DNA of 64,000 nucleotides, taken from IMG/VR virus record IMGVR_UViG_3300033997_000406, positions 1-64,000 of that record; one strand, written 5' to 3'. Positions within the stretch are counted from its first letter, which is position 1; every line of letters begins with the position of its first letter. The position numbers and the translations under genes are program-made. Positions 48,643 through 62,912 of the stretch are shown piece after piece. Origin of the DNA: a virus. The notes under the pieces were generated by a model that was not told the DNA's origin, searched no databases, and saw nothing but the letters and a program-made list of their open reading frames with translations.

Positions 48643-49713
48643 ATGGATCGAATGAGCTTTCAATTTACAGCAACAAAGGGTACTCAGGGCGGCAAAATAT
48701 ATTATGTCGCCAACGTTACTTTTGGCGCTCTGTCGCGGGTTCTGGCTATTGACTCAGGTGAAGTGATGGAGCGTTCACAGCGCGAAATTGAAAAACCAAG
48801 AGCCACAAAAATTCAATCGTATCTGAACGAAAACAGGGAAAGCTATGTGCTGCCAGCGCTAACAGGGATTGTTGACGATCCTAATTTGCTTTTTGAGGAG
48901 TTTGGTCATGCCGGTTCTGGTGTGGGGCGACTTAGCTTGTCGCTGGACGCGGAGATAAAATTGTTTGACGGACAGCATAGAGCGACTGGCATCCGGCAAG
49001 TCCTTAAGCAAAACAACTATATGAAGAACGATCAGATTGCTTTGCAATTATTTGTCGGTATGGATTTGCTGCAGCGTCAGCAGGCCTTTTCAGACATAAA
49101 CAGCAATGCTAAGCCAGTCAGCAAGAGTTTGAATATGGCATATAGCCACCGTGATACAAATGTCCAGCCAATAGTCACTGCGATTGGTCATATATACGGA
49201 TGGGCTGGCCGCATTGATTATGAAAACAATACAGTACCAAAAGACAGTGAAAACATATTCTCACTGCGTAACATCGTACAGGCCTGCAGAATCCATGAAG
49301 GTTGCAGCAAGAATCAAATGCTGGCTCGCAATGCTTATTTGACTATGAGTAGGTACTGGAATGACATTGGTACTACTGTAGGCTGGTTCTTTTTTGAAGA
49401 TGGTGCAGTTAAACAAATACCACGTTCAGAAGGTATGGCCGCAGGGAATATATTTTTTACCGTTGCAGGCCTGATGGTGTTGGCTCGGGTAGGACACAAG
49501 GTGGGGCAGTTGCCAGGCTACGACCCTGATCGAATGAAATTGCTTAATACCGTTTTGCGTCAGGTAGGCCAGCATCGTGACTCCCCGTTTTGGAGGGGTA
49601 ACATTGTCAAAGAGAACGGCAATATGGATGCGTCTACAAGAGCACAAATTACGGCCGCAGATGCGATTATGGAACTGTTCTCTAAAGCCCTAAGTCGTTC
49701 TCTGAATACTTAA
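48643..49713 (+). CDS. DGQHR-domain (DndB-family) protein
   Basis: QR.I...R...I..YL, LFDGQHR, QQAFSDIN. Confidence 0.88.
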   Translation: MDRMSFQFTATKGTQGGKIYYVANVTFGALSRVLAIDSGEVMERSQREIEKPRATKIQSYLNENRESYVLPALTGIVDDPNLLFEEFGHAGSGVGRLSLSLDAEIKLFDGQHRATGIRQVLKQNNYMKNDQIALQLFVGMDLLQRQQAFSDINSNAKPVSKSLNMAYSHRDTNVQPIVTAIGHIYGWAGRIDYENNTVPKDSENIFSLRNIVQACRIHEGCSKNQMLARNAYLTMSRYWNDIGTTVGWFFFEDGAVKQIPRSEGMAAGNIFFTVAGLMVLARVGHKVGQLPGYDPDRMKLLNTVLRQVGQHRDSPFWRGNIVKENGNMDASTRAQITAADAIMELFSKALSRSLNT

Positions 49714-49749
49714 TTTATAAGCTGCGCCTGCTAGTCAGGTGCAATCATT

Positions 49750-52304
49750 TTGTTAGGGGAAAGCATGGCAGACGTAATTTATCAAAGGGTGGCAAGTTTC
49801 ACGCCTGTAGTTCAGCCAAATCACCGCGCTGCCATATGTCAGCTTCATGCGCTGGGCTACAAGCCTTTTCATTTGGCGGCGGTATTCCCTTACAAGATAA
49901 ATACTATAAAAACAATTGTTAGCCGATTAAAGCCGTTTAAGCCTGTCGTCCTAAAGGATATACCTGAGGCGGTTCTACTAATGACGGGAGCTGTTAAGTT
50001 TAAAAAAGGCCTACTCAGTCCATACGAATATAATGTACTTCTCACTGAAGGGCTTAGCGCTTATTTGGAAAAAACAGGTCGCTCTGAAGAATCAATTGCT
50101 CGCGACCATTTTTATCCATCGGGTAAGTTTTTAAATAGATCTAGGTTTACAGCTGAGGAGCTTCGCGCAGCAGTTTTACCTGCTGCATCCAGATAGTTTA
50201 GGCGTATCGGAAGCTAAAAGGCGTCCGTCAAATTGACGATTTAAGATAATTCAAAGTACAGGAAACCCCGAACATGGCAGAGTTAAACGGAAAATCACCA
50301 GCAGCAACCAACAACTTTGGAATTGAGCAGGTCAGAATTATTGCTAGTGAGTTATTTGATGGCGACAGCACAAGGTTTAGTGAGCTTGTTCAGGGGGCGG
50401 ATGCAAAGTTTCGCCGCCTTGAGGCTTTAGAAAATCTTTGTACTGATTTGGTAAAGCGTAGTCCTGGCGGCTGTTATTTTCTGCCCTGGGCTGAGCGTTT
50501 TGCCAGTCTGGGTATCAAGTCAAAAAACTAATTTAACTAGGTAGGATAACCCATGGGCTTAGTAATCGAATTACCTAAACCTAAACACGGCGAACAACGG
50601 AACTGGCGCATGGAAAAAGCTGCCAGCAATCACAGCGAGTTTGTGGCTGGTGATGGCTCTACGATTGAAATCGAATCGCACAGTTCAGAGCATTCTGCAT
50701 CAGAACGGTTCTGTGCTACGTGCGATAAGTGGGTTACTGCGGTCGGTGTTTTGGGTGGTGTTTGGTGCCCTGCTTGCCTGACCAATTGGCATAAAAACTG
50801 ATAGAGGATTTACCGTTATGGCAGAGCAATGGCTAAAAATTGAGATTGCACCTCTGGATCAGCAAATAGTTATTGCCACTAAAGACGGCAGAGTTTGCCA
50901 AGGTCACATATTCAAAGTCAATGAAGCGGGAAAGACTGACTCCGATGAAATCGGGGATTTACGAGCCATGTTGGCTGTTGCTGATTCTTGGGGGGGTGCT
51001 CGTGCAATACCTATTGGCTGGCAACCATTGCCGAAGCATCCATTGAAGGAAAAAACTATGCAAAAGCTTACTCAGTGCAGTGCATGTGGCAGCAAAAGTC
51101 TTAAATGGCATTGCGGCCAGAAGAACCTGAGCGGCGTTCAGGACGGTCTGTTTCGTATGCACGAAGTCGGCACCGAGTTTTATCTTGGCTGTGAGGCTTG
51201 TAGTGAAACGCTTCAGGTGGTCAGTGGTGATCAGGTGGCCGAACACCTGAATAATTCAATGTAGGACTTAGCAGAAAATGGACGAACAATTACAGCAAGA
51301 CCCGCAATACCAAGGCGCTCAATGCTTCTTTGCCAAGGGACAGATGACTGATAACCCATACGCTAGCGGTACAGCTGAATTTCAGCGCTGGGAACGTGGT
51401 TACTATTCAGCCGCAGCAGAGGACTTTGACGAACATCGTTGTGGAGCTGACGCCAGCTGGGTTGACGCTGAAAAGTTCTGCAATGTTTGCGGCAAGAAAG
51501 TAGACGAATTGGAATGAAGGAAAAAGCATGATTAAAGGATATTTAAAATACACTGCGCTTTTCATCGCTCTAATTGTTCTTATTGGGCTGCTGTGCGGGG
51601 CGGTAACGACTCCAGAGCGAAACTGCGAAAAGACGCAATCACACCACGGAATTCCAGCTGCGTGCAATGTTTACTCAGCTCCAATTGGTTAAAAGGGAAA
51701 TAACAGATGGCGACTCCGGCTTACATAAAGGCCCGCGTAGAAGATGGCCTGATCAAGTGTGTCAGGCTAAACAAGTTCCCCGATGGTTATAGCTGTGCAT
51801 TTGAATTCAACGAAAAAGGCAAAAAAGCACTGTACCCGTCTACCGGAAAACAGCCTTTGCGCATCTGGAAAACATACAAAGAGGTGCTTGATTACGTTAA
51901 AGAACAAATTGGCTGGACAGGCCATATTTACAACGAGCATTTAGAAAAAATTCAGTGAAGGGAAAAAACAGATGACACCGGAAGATCGCTTTCAGAAAGC
52001 AATTTCACTTTTCATTGAGCAAAATGAACGAGTCGCAAATGAGATTAATCAATTATCCCCTCAGGTTGCAGAGCAGCTGGGTATCTCATTCGATGAATAC
52101 AAAAAGGCACATGCAGGCAGGCTATTTGGAGAGTACGCGGCGTCAGTAGGCTTAGATGTTTTTATGCTGGCTTTTGAGTTGACAGCGACTTCTCAAACGG
52201 AATTGCACGAACTCAAATCCAAGCATTATCGGTCTTTAGCTGAAATGCTCGGTATGAGCTGGGAAGAGTATATTGTTCACAATCCGCATTTAGCTGGTTA
52301 TTGA
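49750..52304 (+). other. Cluster of small hypothetical early genes
   Basis: Tightly packed ORFs with RBSs: 49750-50196, 50274-50531, 50553-50801, 50818-51264, 51528-51692, 51707-51958, 51972-52304. Confidence 0.55.
51278..51517 (+). CDS. Rmf/CrpP-fold-like small protein
   Basis: YQGAQCFFAKG...NPY...FQRWERGY. Confidence 0.5.
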   Translation: MDEQLQQDPQYQGAQCFFAKGQMTDNPYASGTAEFQRWERGYYSAAAEDFDEHRCGADASWVDAEKFCNVCGKKVDELE

Positions 52305-52322
52305 TAACAACAGGAAAGCTAA

Positions 52323-52724
52323 GTGGCAACCAGGCACATACCAGTTTGCAAAGGGGAAGTATTTGAGCGACTAACTGTAATAAGTCTATCTCGCGGGGCT
52401 GAAAACGGCACTCACGTCATGTACCAATGTTTATGTGAATGCGGGGTAAAAGTTGAAGTAGCGGCAAGTCATCTTAGGCGAAAAATCAGGACATCTTGCG
52501 GCTGCCTCAGGGATGAACGAGCCAAAGAGCTTGGGCTGAAAAGCCGGAAAAAATTAGTAGGCGGTGAGCGGTTCGGTTCGTATGTCGTCCTAGTTGATTT
52601 AGGCACTAATGAACACCGAAAGGCCATTTACAAAGTTAGGTGCGCTTGCGGCCATGAAACAACAATGACGGGAGCCAGGCTGCGAAGCGGCTTGAAGCTC
52701 CATTGTTACCATTTAAACAAATAG
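52323..52724 (+). CDS. Protein with tandem GE.F..L.V/CxC repeats typical of homing-endonuclease N-termini; no nuclease domain
   Basis: GEVFERLTV...CLCECG...SCGC; GERFGSYVV...CACG. Confidence 0.6.
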   Translation: MATRHIPVCKGEVFERLTVISLSRGAENGTHVMYQCLCECGVKVEVAASHLRRKIRTSCGCLRDERAKELGLKSRKKLVGGERFGSYVVLVDLGTNEHRKAIYKVRCACGHETTMTGARLRSGLKLHCYHLNK

Positions 52725-52733
52725 GACAAAACG

Positions 52734-55065
52734 ATGAAAATATTACTCAGAATAGTTGAAGGCGCTACTGTGGTTTTGGTATCGGATGATAACTTGGCTT
52801 CAGTTGAAATGCTGCCAACTCGGTACGATTTATTTCAGTACAGGGGCGGTGTAGCTTGGGGGTATAAGGGTTCTGGTGTTCAAAATCTTGGTTATGCGAT
52901 AGCCGCCAGGCTGACTGAGGAAATGCCTGAAAAAATGCCAGACCAAGGGATTCATGCTGCAGCGATGTCGCTGGTCAAGAATCTGCTGTCGAATCTGGAT
53001 GGTCATAAGGAACACACTATCGATCAGGCCACTCTACTTAATGCTATGGCATCAGATTAGGTATCAGAATTCGTGGATAACCAGCTGCAACACCAACGAA
53101 AGCATTGTCTATTTTGCGGTAACACGCATTCAGGCGAGTGCAGCCCTGACTCATTTGCTTATTTTCAATGCTCTGATTGCAAAGGTGGCCAAATGATGCC
53201 GTTTGATGCTTGCTTTGGCTTTGATGGCATTCACTGTTGCAGCAATGAAAAGTCAGCAGCGGATACGTGGGTATCCATTACCCACGAACAATATAAACAA
53301 CTCCAAGTCCAGCTATAGGGATGCTCATGGGATCAACCGAATCACTGATAGAAACCGCACGGAAATGGCGCGAATGTAATCAGGAATACCAGGGCGGTGT
53401 AGTGCTCATATGGCAAGGCGAAGCCTACGGCTGGAAAAACTGCTTGCGAGATCCTGCACACGAACAGCCCGGCGCATTTGCGGTTGACCTTGATGGCCAT
53501 ATTTTTATCGCAGAGGGCGGGACTGGATACGATGGCGCTAAATGCTGGGTAGCGTTTTCACCTAAAAGCAGTGAATTTTTAACCAAGGAAAATAATATGG
53601 ACCCAATTGATAAATACGAAGCGAGAGAGAGGGAAAAAGGAGCGGCGATTCTTCAATCAAGTTCGCGTGGTAAGTCTGCTTTTGCTTTAGCAAGCATGGC
53701 CCTTGAGCATTGTGGCTCAGGTGCTGAAACTGCAGCCAGACTGTTACTGTCAATGGAGTATGGCCATCCGTTCAACGTGCAGAACCTATACCGCTTTGAC
53801 ACTGAAAACCGTGCACATGCAGAGGTTGCCATAGCAGGTTGTGTCGCACACGAATTGTGGCCTTCAGGGTGGATGGATGCCGAAGGCTTTGATGGTGCCG
53901 GTATAATGCAGCAGCTGCGTGATAAATGGAAAAATGAAGAATAGGGTAAGAGTAGTGGATATTGAAAAGCGAGATTATCAGCTTGCGATACTGATAGCTG
54001 CAATAGAGAAAGTTGGTGCAATTAATCCAGAGCAACTACCATCTACGCGGGCTGAAACGCACGCTTTTTATTCCAACACTATTGCTGCTTTGCATGGAGC
54101 AAAGCTGATCAGTGAGGAAGAGTGGAGGCTTTTAGCTTCACCACCATACCCAGTCGATGATCAGAGACTGATTAGAGCAATTAATCAGTTTAAAGCTGAA
54201 GCACAGGCTTGATGCAGGGTAATTACTTTGTACGCAAATGCAGATACAGATAAGAGATCAGTGGTCGCAGTAGAGAGCAAGAGCCGTAAACTTTGTTCGT
54301 GTGGGTGCTCTGCAAGGGCAACTCATAAAGGTTTTGCTGGCGATATGTGCATGATGATCGGTTGTGAATTAACTGTAAGGCGCTGGGTTAAGCAGGGCTC
54401 AAAAGCCTTACAGAGCTTCAAAAATAAATAGGGATGGCTCTATGACAGTTACGGTAATTCAGTTAGACAGCAGCAATTTGGTGCCACCTCCACCAGGCCA
54501 TTGCCCTGAGTGCGCGATTAAACACGATGCTGACCAACCTCACAACAGAGACAGTATTTTTTACCAAATGAAATTTAAGATGGACAAGGGCAGGGATCCG
54601 ACCTGGCATGATGCGGTTGAGCATTGTTCAGAAGAAGTGAAATCACATTGGATTGCAACGCTCAAATCCATGAATGTGATTTAGGGGGATCCATGGATGC
54701 AGGGGATGATCAAATCCATTGTGAGCCTTGCGATTTAGACTGGGATAAAGACGACTGCCCGATCGGCACATACGGCCATCTGTGTCCTGTCTGCCGTCAA
54801 TACATGAAGAATAGCAGTAGAGGCACCGATGAATGATTTTATAGCCCGCCTTCAAAAGAACTGGGGCGCTACCAAGGAATTAGAAAGCCGCCTGATAAAA
54901 GAGCACGGCAATACTATATTTAAAGCCGATAGCACGGACGACCAGTTTGCACATATGACGTGCGGCAATTATGTGGTCAGTATTGAGCTTTCAAGCTTGG
55001 CGGACTGCGAGGGGCAGGCTATTAGTAAAATGCGTCTGGATATAATGAAAATAACCGAAAAATAA
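52734..55065 (+). other. Cluster of small hypothetical early genes
   Basis: ORFs 52734-53060, 53073-53318, 53919-54212, 54228-54431, 54442-54684, 54693-54836, 54829-55065; ends at hairpin ~55064-55086. Confidence 0.5.
53321..53944 (+). CDS. ArdR-like N-terminal domain in frame with a second domain
   Basis: GGVVLIWQGEAYGWKNCLRDP.HE.PGA.AVD...GG..YDGAK.WVA recalled from plasmid ArdR-annotated proteins; internal RBS+ATG at 53597. Confidence 0.55.
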   Translation: MLMGSTESLIETARKWRECNQEYQGGVVLIWQGEAYGWKNCLRDPAHEQPGAFAVDLDGHIFIAEGGTGYDGAKCWVAFSPKSSEFLTKENNMDPIDKYEAREREKGAAILQSSSRGKSAFALASMALEHCGSGAETAARLLLSMEYGHPFNVQNLYRFDTENRAHAEVAIAGCVAHELWPSGWMDAEGFDGAGIMQQLRDKWKNEE

Positions 55066-55118
55066 AGGCGGAACATTCCGCCTTAAATTTATGATTTTAG
55101 TGCGATTTACATTGTAAA

Positions 55119-55993
55119 TCAGCTGGCCATTTGTTCCCTGATGTACTGCCCGTTAGCCACGTTTATCTGTAACCAATGATCCATCACCGGCACAAGCTCA
55201 GGCACGGTATAGCCCTGCTGATCCAGCACCAGCATTGACTGCTTTAGCTTCAACGCATCCATATCCTGATAATCGGCAGCAATAAGCTGGGCCCGTTCAG
55301 TGGTTTCAGCCTCTAAGATAGGCAAATCACCGCTGGAGTACTTCACTGGCTCATTTTTCTGGCCACCGTATACCCATGCTTTAAACGTATCCATATCATA
55401 CGCACGTATAGCACCAAGCCCACGCCAACCTTTATCATAATTAGCCAGGTAAGCTTTTTTAGCGCCAGATATACTGTCAAAGCCGAGCATTACCTTGTGT
55501 TCGTCAAACTGCAGCGTGTCCGGGTTAATCTGATCAATAACAAAAACAGTCTCTGGCTCCAGTACTTCACCTAAAAAGACATCTATCGGATCATCATCAG
55601 CCCCTTTAGTGCCTCTAATGTCACCGTAATGATTAAGCATAGTCGTTGACCATGTTGAGCCATCTTCGGCGGTACCAGAGCGCACAGAGCCTTTGGGGTT
55701 TTCTATCGTAATGTCGATACCCGCAAACGTCACCCGGCCTTTTTTGTAATTGCCTGCTATTTTCTGAGCCTCAGTGGGCTCCGGTAAGTCATTATCGCCT
55801 GTAGCGGCCTCATTGGCTGCTGCATCTATTGCGGCGGCCTCTGGTGATACTTCCTGACCTTTTAGCTGCTTGATAATGGCAGACCATTGCCGCTGTAGTG
55901 CAAGGCGCTGGCGAACATCGCCAGCCCCCTGAATATCTTTCTTTAAAGCTGAGGCCTGGCGCTGCAGGGCAAGCTTGCTTTTGGCATCAAGCA

Positions 55994-55994
<1 letters not shown>
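55119..55994 (-). CDS. Dar-operon protein with polyvalent-protein inorganic pyrophosphatase-like domain
   Basis: GNYKKG...IENPKGS.RSG...YG.IRGTKGADDD.IDVF...FDEHKVMLGF. Confidence 0.8.
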
Positions 55995-58828
<2,834 letters not shown>

Positions 58829-58831
58829 TTC

Positions 58832-59443
58832 TTATGCTCCCAATAGCTTAAGCTCATCTTTCAGCTGCCGCGTCCGGGCTGCTGACAGGCTGTATTCTGT
58901 TTTTCGCTGTTTCAGCTGGTTTTCAGCGTCAGCGGCGGCCTGTTTTTGGCGCTCAATTTCGGCGAGCGCCAGCTGCTCTTGAGCAATCGATTCAGCCAGG
59001 CCCGTTTTGGCCTCAGCAATTTTTTTCGACAGTGGGACAGAGGCAGGGCGTAGTGCGGTTTCCACCCGGACCGACTTCAGCTTCTTGAATAGGGATTTAT
59101 CAAAGGCGGGCTGACCACGCTTTAAATAATCCGCTATTTCTTCAGCGACCTTTTGCAGCGTGTCAGGGGATTTTAGCGGCACAGCTTTGCCGTTGATTTC
59201 TAAGATAACGATGTCACCGGCTGCACCGATACGGATCATTGCCCGTTGGCCATTGTTAAAGTAAAAATCAGCTTTCTTTGATGAGGTCAGGCCTTTGACG
59301 ATGGCGCGGTTTGACGCGGTGACAGACGCTACTGGAGCGCCAGCTTTAGCCAGCATGGCCATAAACTTCTGCAGGCCAGCCTCACTGAAGTTATCGACAT
59401 CGAAAGTGGCATAGTTTTTATTATTCTGAGAATTCAAGCTCAT
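58832..59443 (-). CDS. hdf: Hdf-like protein
   Basis: 203 aa; F.NGQ...GDI...INGK..P; position between lydB and darA. Confidence 0.75.
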   Translation of the reverse strand: MSLNSQNNKNYATFDVDNFSEAGLQKFMAMLAKAGAPVASVTASNRAIVKGLTSSKKADFYFNNGQRAMIRIGAAGDIVILEINGKAVPLKSPDTLQKVAEEIADYLKRGQPAFDKSLFKKLKSVRVETALRPASVPLSKKIAEAKTGLAESIAQEQLALAEIERQKQAAADAENQLKQRKTEYSLSAARTRQLKDELKLLGA

Positions 59444-59445
59444 AA

Positions 59446-59874
59446 CTATTCCTTGTTTACATGCACAGTCCGCTGCTGGTGGGACGTGATAGGGCAGATT
59501 TTGTAAAACGGATTAATCCGGCAACCAATGCTTTCTATCTTCACGTCGACAATCCAGTCACCTGGCGTTAGCAGTTCAGACTTAACAAGTAAGAACTCGC
59601 TGTTTAAGCCGCGGCGCGAAAACTCAAGCGTCCGAGTTTTGCCGGTGATCACAGTCGTCGGGTGATTTGCATCGCGCAGCGTGTAGCTCACCTGGCTAAA
59701 CATCAGAGGGGGGTAAGCATTAAAGCTAATACCTACCCTGTAAAATCCATCTTTAAAGCCGCCACCGGATACAGATAGCAGCTGACAACGGCCGCGCCGC
59801 ATAATGAAACGGTCCATTAATGCCAGCAATATCGCAATAGCTGACCAGATCACGTACACAGATACATCACTCAT
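59446..59874 (-). CDS. lydB: Antiholin LydB-like
   Basis: N-terminal TM, RINPFYKICP motif, synteny. Confidence 0.7.
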   Translation of the reverse strand: MSDVSVYVIWSAIAILLALMDRFIMRRGRCQLLSVSGGGFKDGFYRVGISFNAYPPLMFSQVSYTLRDANHPTTVITGKTRTLEFSRRGLNSEFLLVKSELLTPGDWIVDVKIESIGCRINPFYKICPITSHQQRTVHVNKE

Positions 59875-60190
59875 TGTCTTTACCTACACTGTTAATTTTT
59901 AATCTTGAGGCAACCACTTTTGATACCAGGCCTTTTAGCCAGATCAGTGAGTCGCCCCCGTTATTGCTGAACACCAATATCAACACACACGTCAATGCTG
60001 GCGGCCATCCTTGCCAGACACCGCAGTACATCACGACAAAGCCTACAACCAAGGCAAGCACGATTTCCGTAATAGCATTGGTCCAGCTCCGCGCAAATCG
60101 CGATTCCCTGCAGCCGTGCAGGTACGAGCCAAGACCGCCTAACAAGGACAGCAAACTCGCGTTTAAAATGAGTTCTATTGTTAAAGTCAC
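59867..60190 (-). CDS. lydA: Holin LydA-like
   Basis: Three TM segments, LLGGLGSYL...SNNG; synteny. Confidence 0.75.
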   Translation of the reverse strand: MTLTIELILNASLLSLLGGLGSYLHGCRESRFARSWTNAITEIVLALVVGFVVMYCGVWQGWPPALTCVLILVFSNNGGDSLIWLKGLVSKVVASRLKINSVGKDNE

Positions 60191-60251
60191 TTCGCACCTG
60201 TTTGTTTTAGTCCTAGCTGGCAATGGTAATTACAGCGCTAAATAAACACTA

Positions 60252-60268
60252 CAAACTGTTAGTATAAA
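60252..60268 (-). promoter_or_regulatory. 17-bp repeated operator upstream of lydA-darA operon
   Basis: TTTATACTAACAGTTTG (minus). Confidence 0.55.
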
Positions 60269-60310
60269 AAAGGCCGCACTATGGCGGCCCTTTTAAACTT
60301 CTTCCTGCTT

Positions 60311-60670
60311 TTACCGCCTGTCTATCGCATCCCACTCAATACAGTTGGCGCAGTGATTTTCTTCGCGTGTGGTTATATAAAATAAAGTGTTAATGACCTT
60401 TTCAGCGAATTTGTATCCGGTACTGCCTTGCATGGCCAGATAGCCCACTCGGCCACTTATGGTTTGGTCTGGATTACCAACAAACAAGGCATTTACATGC
60501 TGATCTGAGGATACCCACAAATCAAGGCAGTAAGCGCGAGCTGGTCGGAAAAACTGACTAACAACCGTTACAACAATTCGCCACCAGCCAAGCGGTGACA
60601 TCAAGGTTTCAGCAAGCCAAATCAGTGCAACCGCGACAAGAGCCAGAGCGGCATAAATTCGACTCATCAT
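60311..60670 (-). CDS. Conserved phage membrane protein
   Basis: DQHVNALF.GNPDQTISGRVG...NHC motif; terminator ~60266-60294. Confidence 0.6.
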   Translation of the reverse strand: MMSRIYAALALVAVALIWLAETLMSPLGWWRIVVTVVSQFFRPARAYCLDLWVSSDQHVNALFVGNPDQTISGRVGYLAMQGSTGYKFAEKVINTLFYITTREENHCANCIEWDAIDRR

Positions 60671-61225
60671 TTACGCCACCGCTGTATCTATATACACATC
60701 AAACTCAATCGTTTCAAAACTCAGGCGATATGGGGCGTTAATGCGCTCTAAACCACGATTCAAACGACTGGCTTCTAAAACATAGTTGCCTGTCCCTTCG
60801 ATTCTGCCTTTAATGCTGATATTGCCGTCAGTTATAGTTGCAATAAGTCGCACGTCATCTACGCGCTGCATCCCATCCACAACGCGCTCCATCATCACCA
60901 TGACTTCACCGTCTGGTAATGGGATATTTCCTTTTATCTCAAAGTTTGCTTTGTTTGAAACCCACCAGATGTCGCCCACTTTCCGGGCTGGCACAACATC
61001 GACATTACCCACATTAAAAACAGGATACCCGGAAGGCTGTTCACCGCCATCGCCATCTGAGGGGAGCACATCTACAAACTTCTCACCATCCCATTTTTTG
61101 CCAATCAAGCTGACATCGTATGAATCTATTGAAATTAATTGTGGATCATCGACAGGTTTTGAAAAGTCAGAAACCACGAAAACAACCCCTTCATCAGTGA
61201 CCTGTGCATAATAATAATTAAGCAT
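60671..61225 (-). CDS. Tail-fibre-associated protein
   Basis: IGKKWDGEKF motif; follows fibre genes. Confidence 0.5.
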   Translation of the reverse strand: MLNYYYAQVTDEGVVFVVSDFSKPVDDPQLISIDSYDVSLIGKKWDGEKFVDVLPSDGDGGEQPSGYPVFNVGNVDVVPARKVGDIWWVSNKANFEIKGNIPLPDGEVMVMMERVVDGMQRVDDVRLIATITDGNISIKGRIEGTGNYVLEASRLNRGLERINAPYRLSFETIEFDVYIDTAVA

Positions 61226-61538
61226 ATTCTACAACCTCCCAGTTTGAAGTTGCATACTCACCACTCCGAACCCGTAATTTTGTTTCGCTAATCAAAGTGG
61301 CAGTGGCTCCATGAGGATATGTTGAGCTGCCACCCCCTCCATACCGTGCCGTAAGCAGGGTGCCTAGATGCTTAACGACTGTTTTGGCCATGTTCACTGC
61401 TGGTATTGTTAATTGCTGATCGTTATCTGATGTAGAAGATACCGTCACGCGATGAATGTTTTTGATAGTGCTCACTTGCTGCCCAGCAAGTGCCACGGGG
61501 TCTTTCTTTGCTGACTCAGGGACTGAAAATATCGTCAT
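61218..61538 (-). CDS. Tail-fibre-associated small protein
   Basis: IKNIHR...WEVVEYA. Confidence 0.5.
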   Translation of the reverse strand: MTIFSVPESAKKDPVALAGQQVSTIKNIHRVTVSSTSDNDQQLTIPAVNMAKTVVKHLGTLLTARYGGGGSSTYPHGATATLISETKLRVRSGEYATSNWEVVEYA

Positions 61539-62911
61539 TATTTAATCCTCACTGTTTTTGTAACGTCTTGAGCGGTGCTTCTATAAGGGACGCCCGCGAC
61601 AGGTATGTCGAATCCACGCACTGAAGGGTTGAGCACGGTTGGCAGCGTTGGCAAAATAGCGATGGCACTACTGGCTTTTACCACTGAATTTATAGCTGCT
61701 GGCGCTGTATAGAGCTTTTCAAACTTAGTGAAATCAAATGTTTTATAAATAGTCACATTGTTTGAAGCGAAAGCTATGAGCGAGCCATCTGATGCAACGA
61801 AATAGCGACCCGGCCGGAAACTTAAACCATGGATATTGATAGAGCCACGATCCACCCAGCTGTCTCCACCCTCTGACAAGTGGATAAAATTATTACCTTC
61901 CGCTATAAACAACTGACTTCCGGCACGGCCAATAGATGTTAGAGAGGCAGAGCGACTGCTGGTGTAGATTTTAGCCCATGATTGACCATTATCTTTACTC
62001 ACATAAAGGCGACCGTTAGTTGTGACAGCATAAAACGCATCTGTAACATCGTCATAAAAGACATCATTAAACGCGCCAGAGAAAGCTTCTGGATAACTAA
62101 TGGCAGCACTAAATGTTATTCCATTATCCGTGCTGCGATAAATTGCCGGGGTGTTTGTTGTGGCTAAACCAACGGCAATAACAACATCGCCTTTATTGGC
62201 CATCGCCATAACAAGCCTACTAGCAGAGGATGGCAGCACAATTGCAAATGAGCCTGAAGTCGCTGTTGCCGATCTGACAAGCCTACCTGATGAGTCTGAC
62301 ACATAAAATGCGCCATTTATGTACTCAGAGAAATAAGGGTGATTTCCTAAATTTGGGGCTATTGAAACGAAATTAGCGCCCACATCATCAGAAACAAAGG
62401 CCAGAGCTGATGAACCTGAGTAACCAACTACCAGAATTCTATTTGCACTTGCTGTAGCTGAAACCGCAGTAAAGTTATTCAGATCAGTATCGTGCGGATT
62501 TTCAATCCAAAAGCTGTGAAGCATTTGCTGCCAATATTCGACATCAAACTCAGCTGGATCATCTTCGATTTCACCAAATGCCATAAAGGAGCCACTGCTA
62601 TTTTTGATTTTTTTAGGAATTCCCACAGGGAACTCAACAACGCTACCGACAGGCACGGACGACGAGCCTGCCGGACCTGACGAGCCAGCGCCATTATCGG
62701 CCTTTCTTGCCAAAATTAAGTCTATGTCTGGCGTGTTATCGTTAAAACCAGCAACAACAGTTGATAGCAGAGTATCTAAATTGGTTTCGTCACACCCTAA
62801 GCCTGCAGCCTGAGCGCGCAAGGCCGCCAGACTTGCCAATGTGGTTGCAGGGGTAGCGGCGTTAATCCGAGCCTGCACCAACGCTTTATATTCATCAGTA
62901 ATTATTGTCAT
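61538..62911 (-). CDS. Tail fibre / receptor-binding protein with Asp-box (BNR) repeats
   Basis: SDDVGANF, STDNGITF, SKDNGQSW, SEGGDSW. Confidence 0.7.
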   Translation of the reverse strand: MTIITDEYKALVQARINAATPATTLASLAALRAQAAGLGCDETNLDTLLSTVVAGFNDNTPDIDLILARKADNGAGSSGPAGSSSVPVGSVVEFPVGIPKKIKNSSGSFMAFGEIEDDPAEFDVEYWQQMLHSFWIENPHDTDLNNFTAVSATASANRILVVGYSGSSALAFVSDDVGANFVSIAPNLGNHPYFSEYINGAFYVSDSSGRLVRSATATSGSFAIVLPSSASRLVMAMANKGDVVIAVGLATTNTPAIYRSTDNGITFSAAISYPEAFSGAFNDVFYDDVTDAFYAVTTNGRLYVSKDNGQSWAKIYTSSRSASLTSIGRAGSQLFIAEGNNFIHLSEGGDSWVDRGSINIHGLSFRPGRYFVASDGSLIAFASNNVTIYKTFDFTKFEKLYTAPAAINSVVKASSAIAILPTLPTVLNPSVRGFDIPVAGVPYRSTAQDVTKTVRIK

Positions 62912-62912
62912 T

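Noticed and set aside
48643-49713. Complete phosphorothioation (dnd) system
   Set aside because: Only a solo DGQHR gene is present; no dndA/C/D/E or ssp phosphorothioation genes. The sspA here is the unrelated stringent starvation protein
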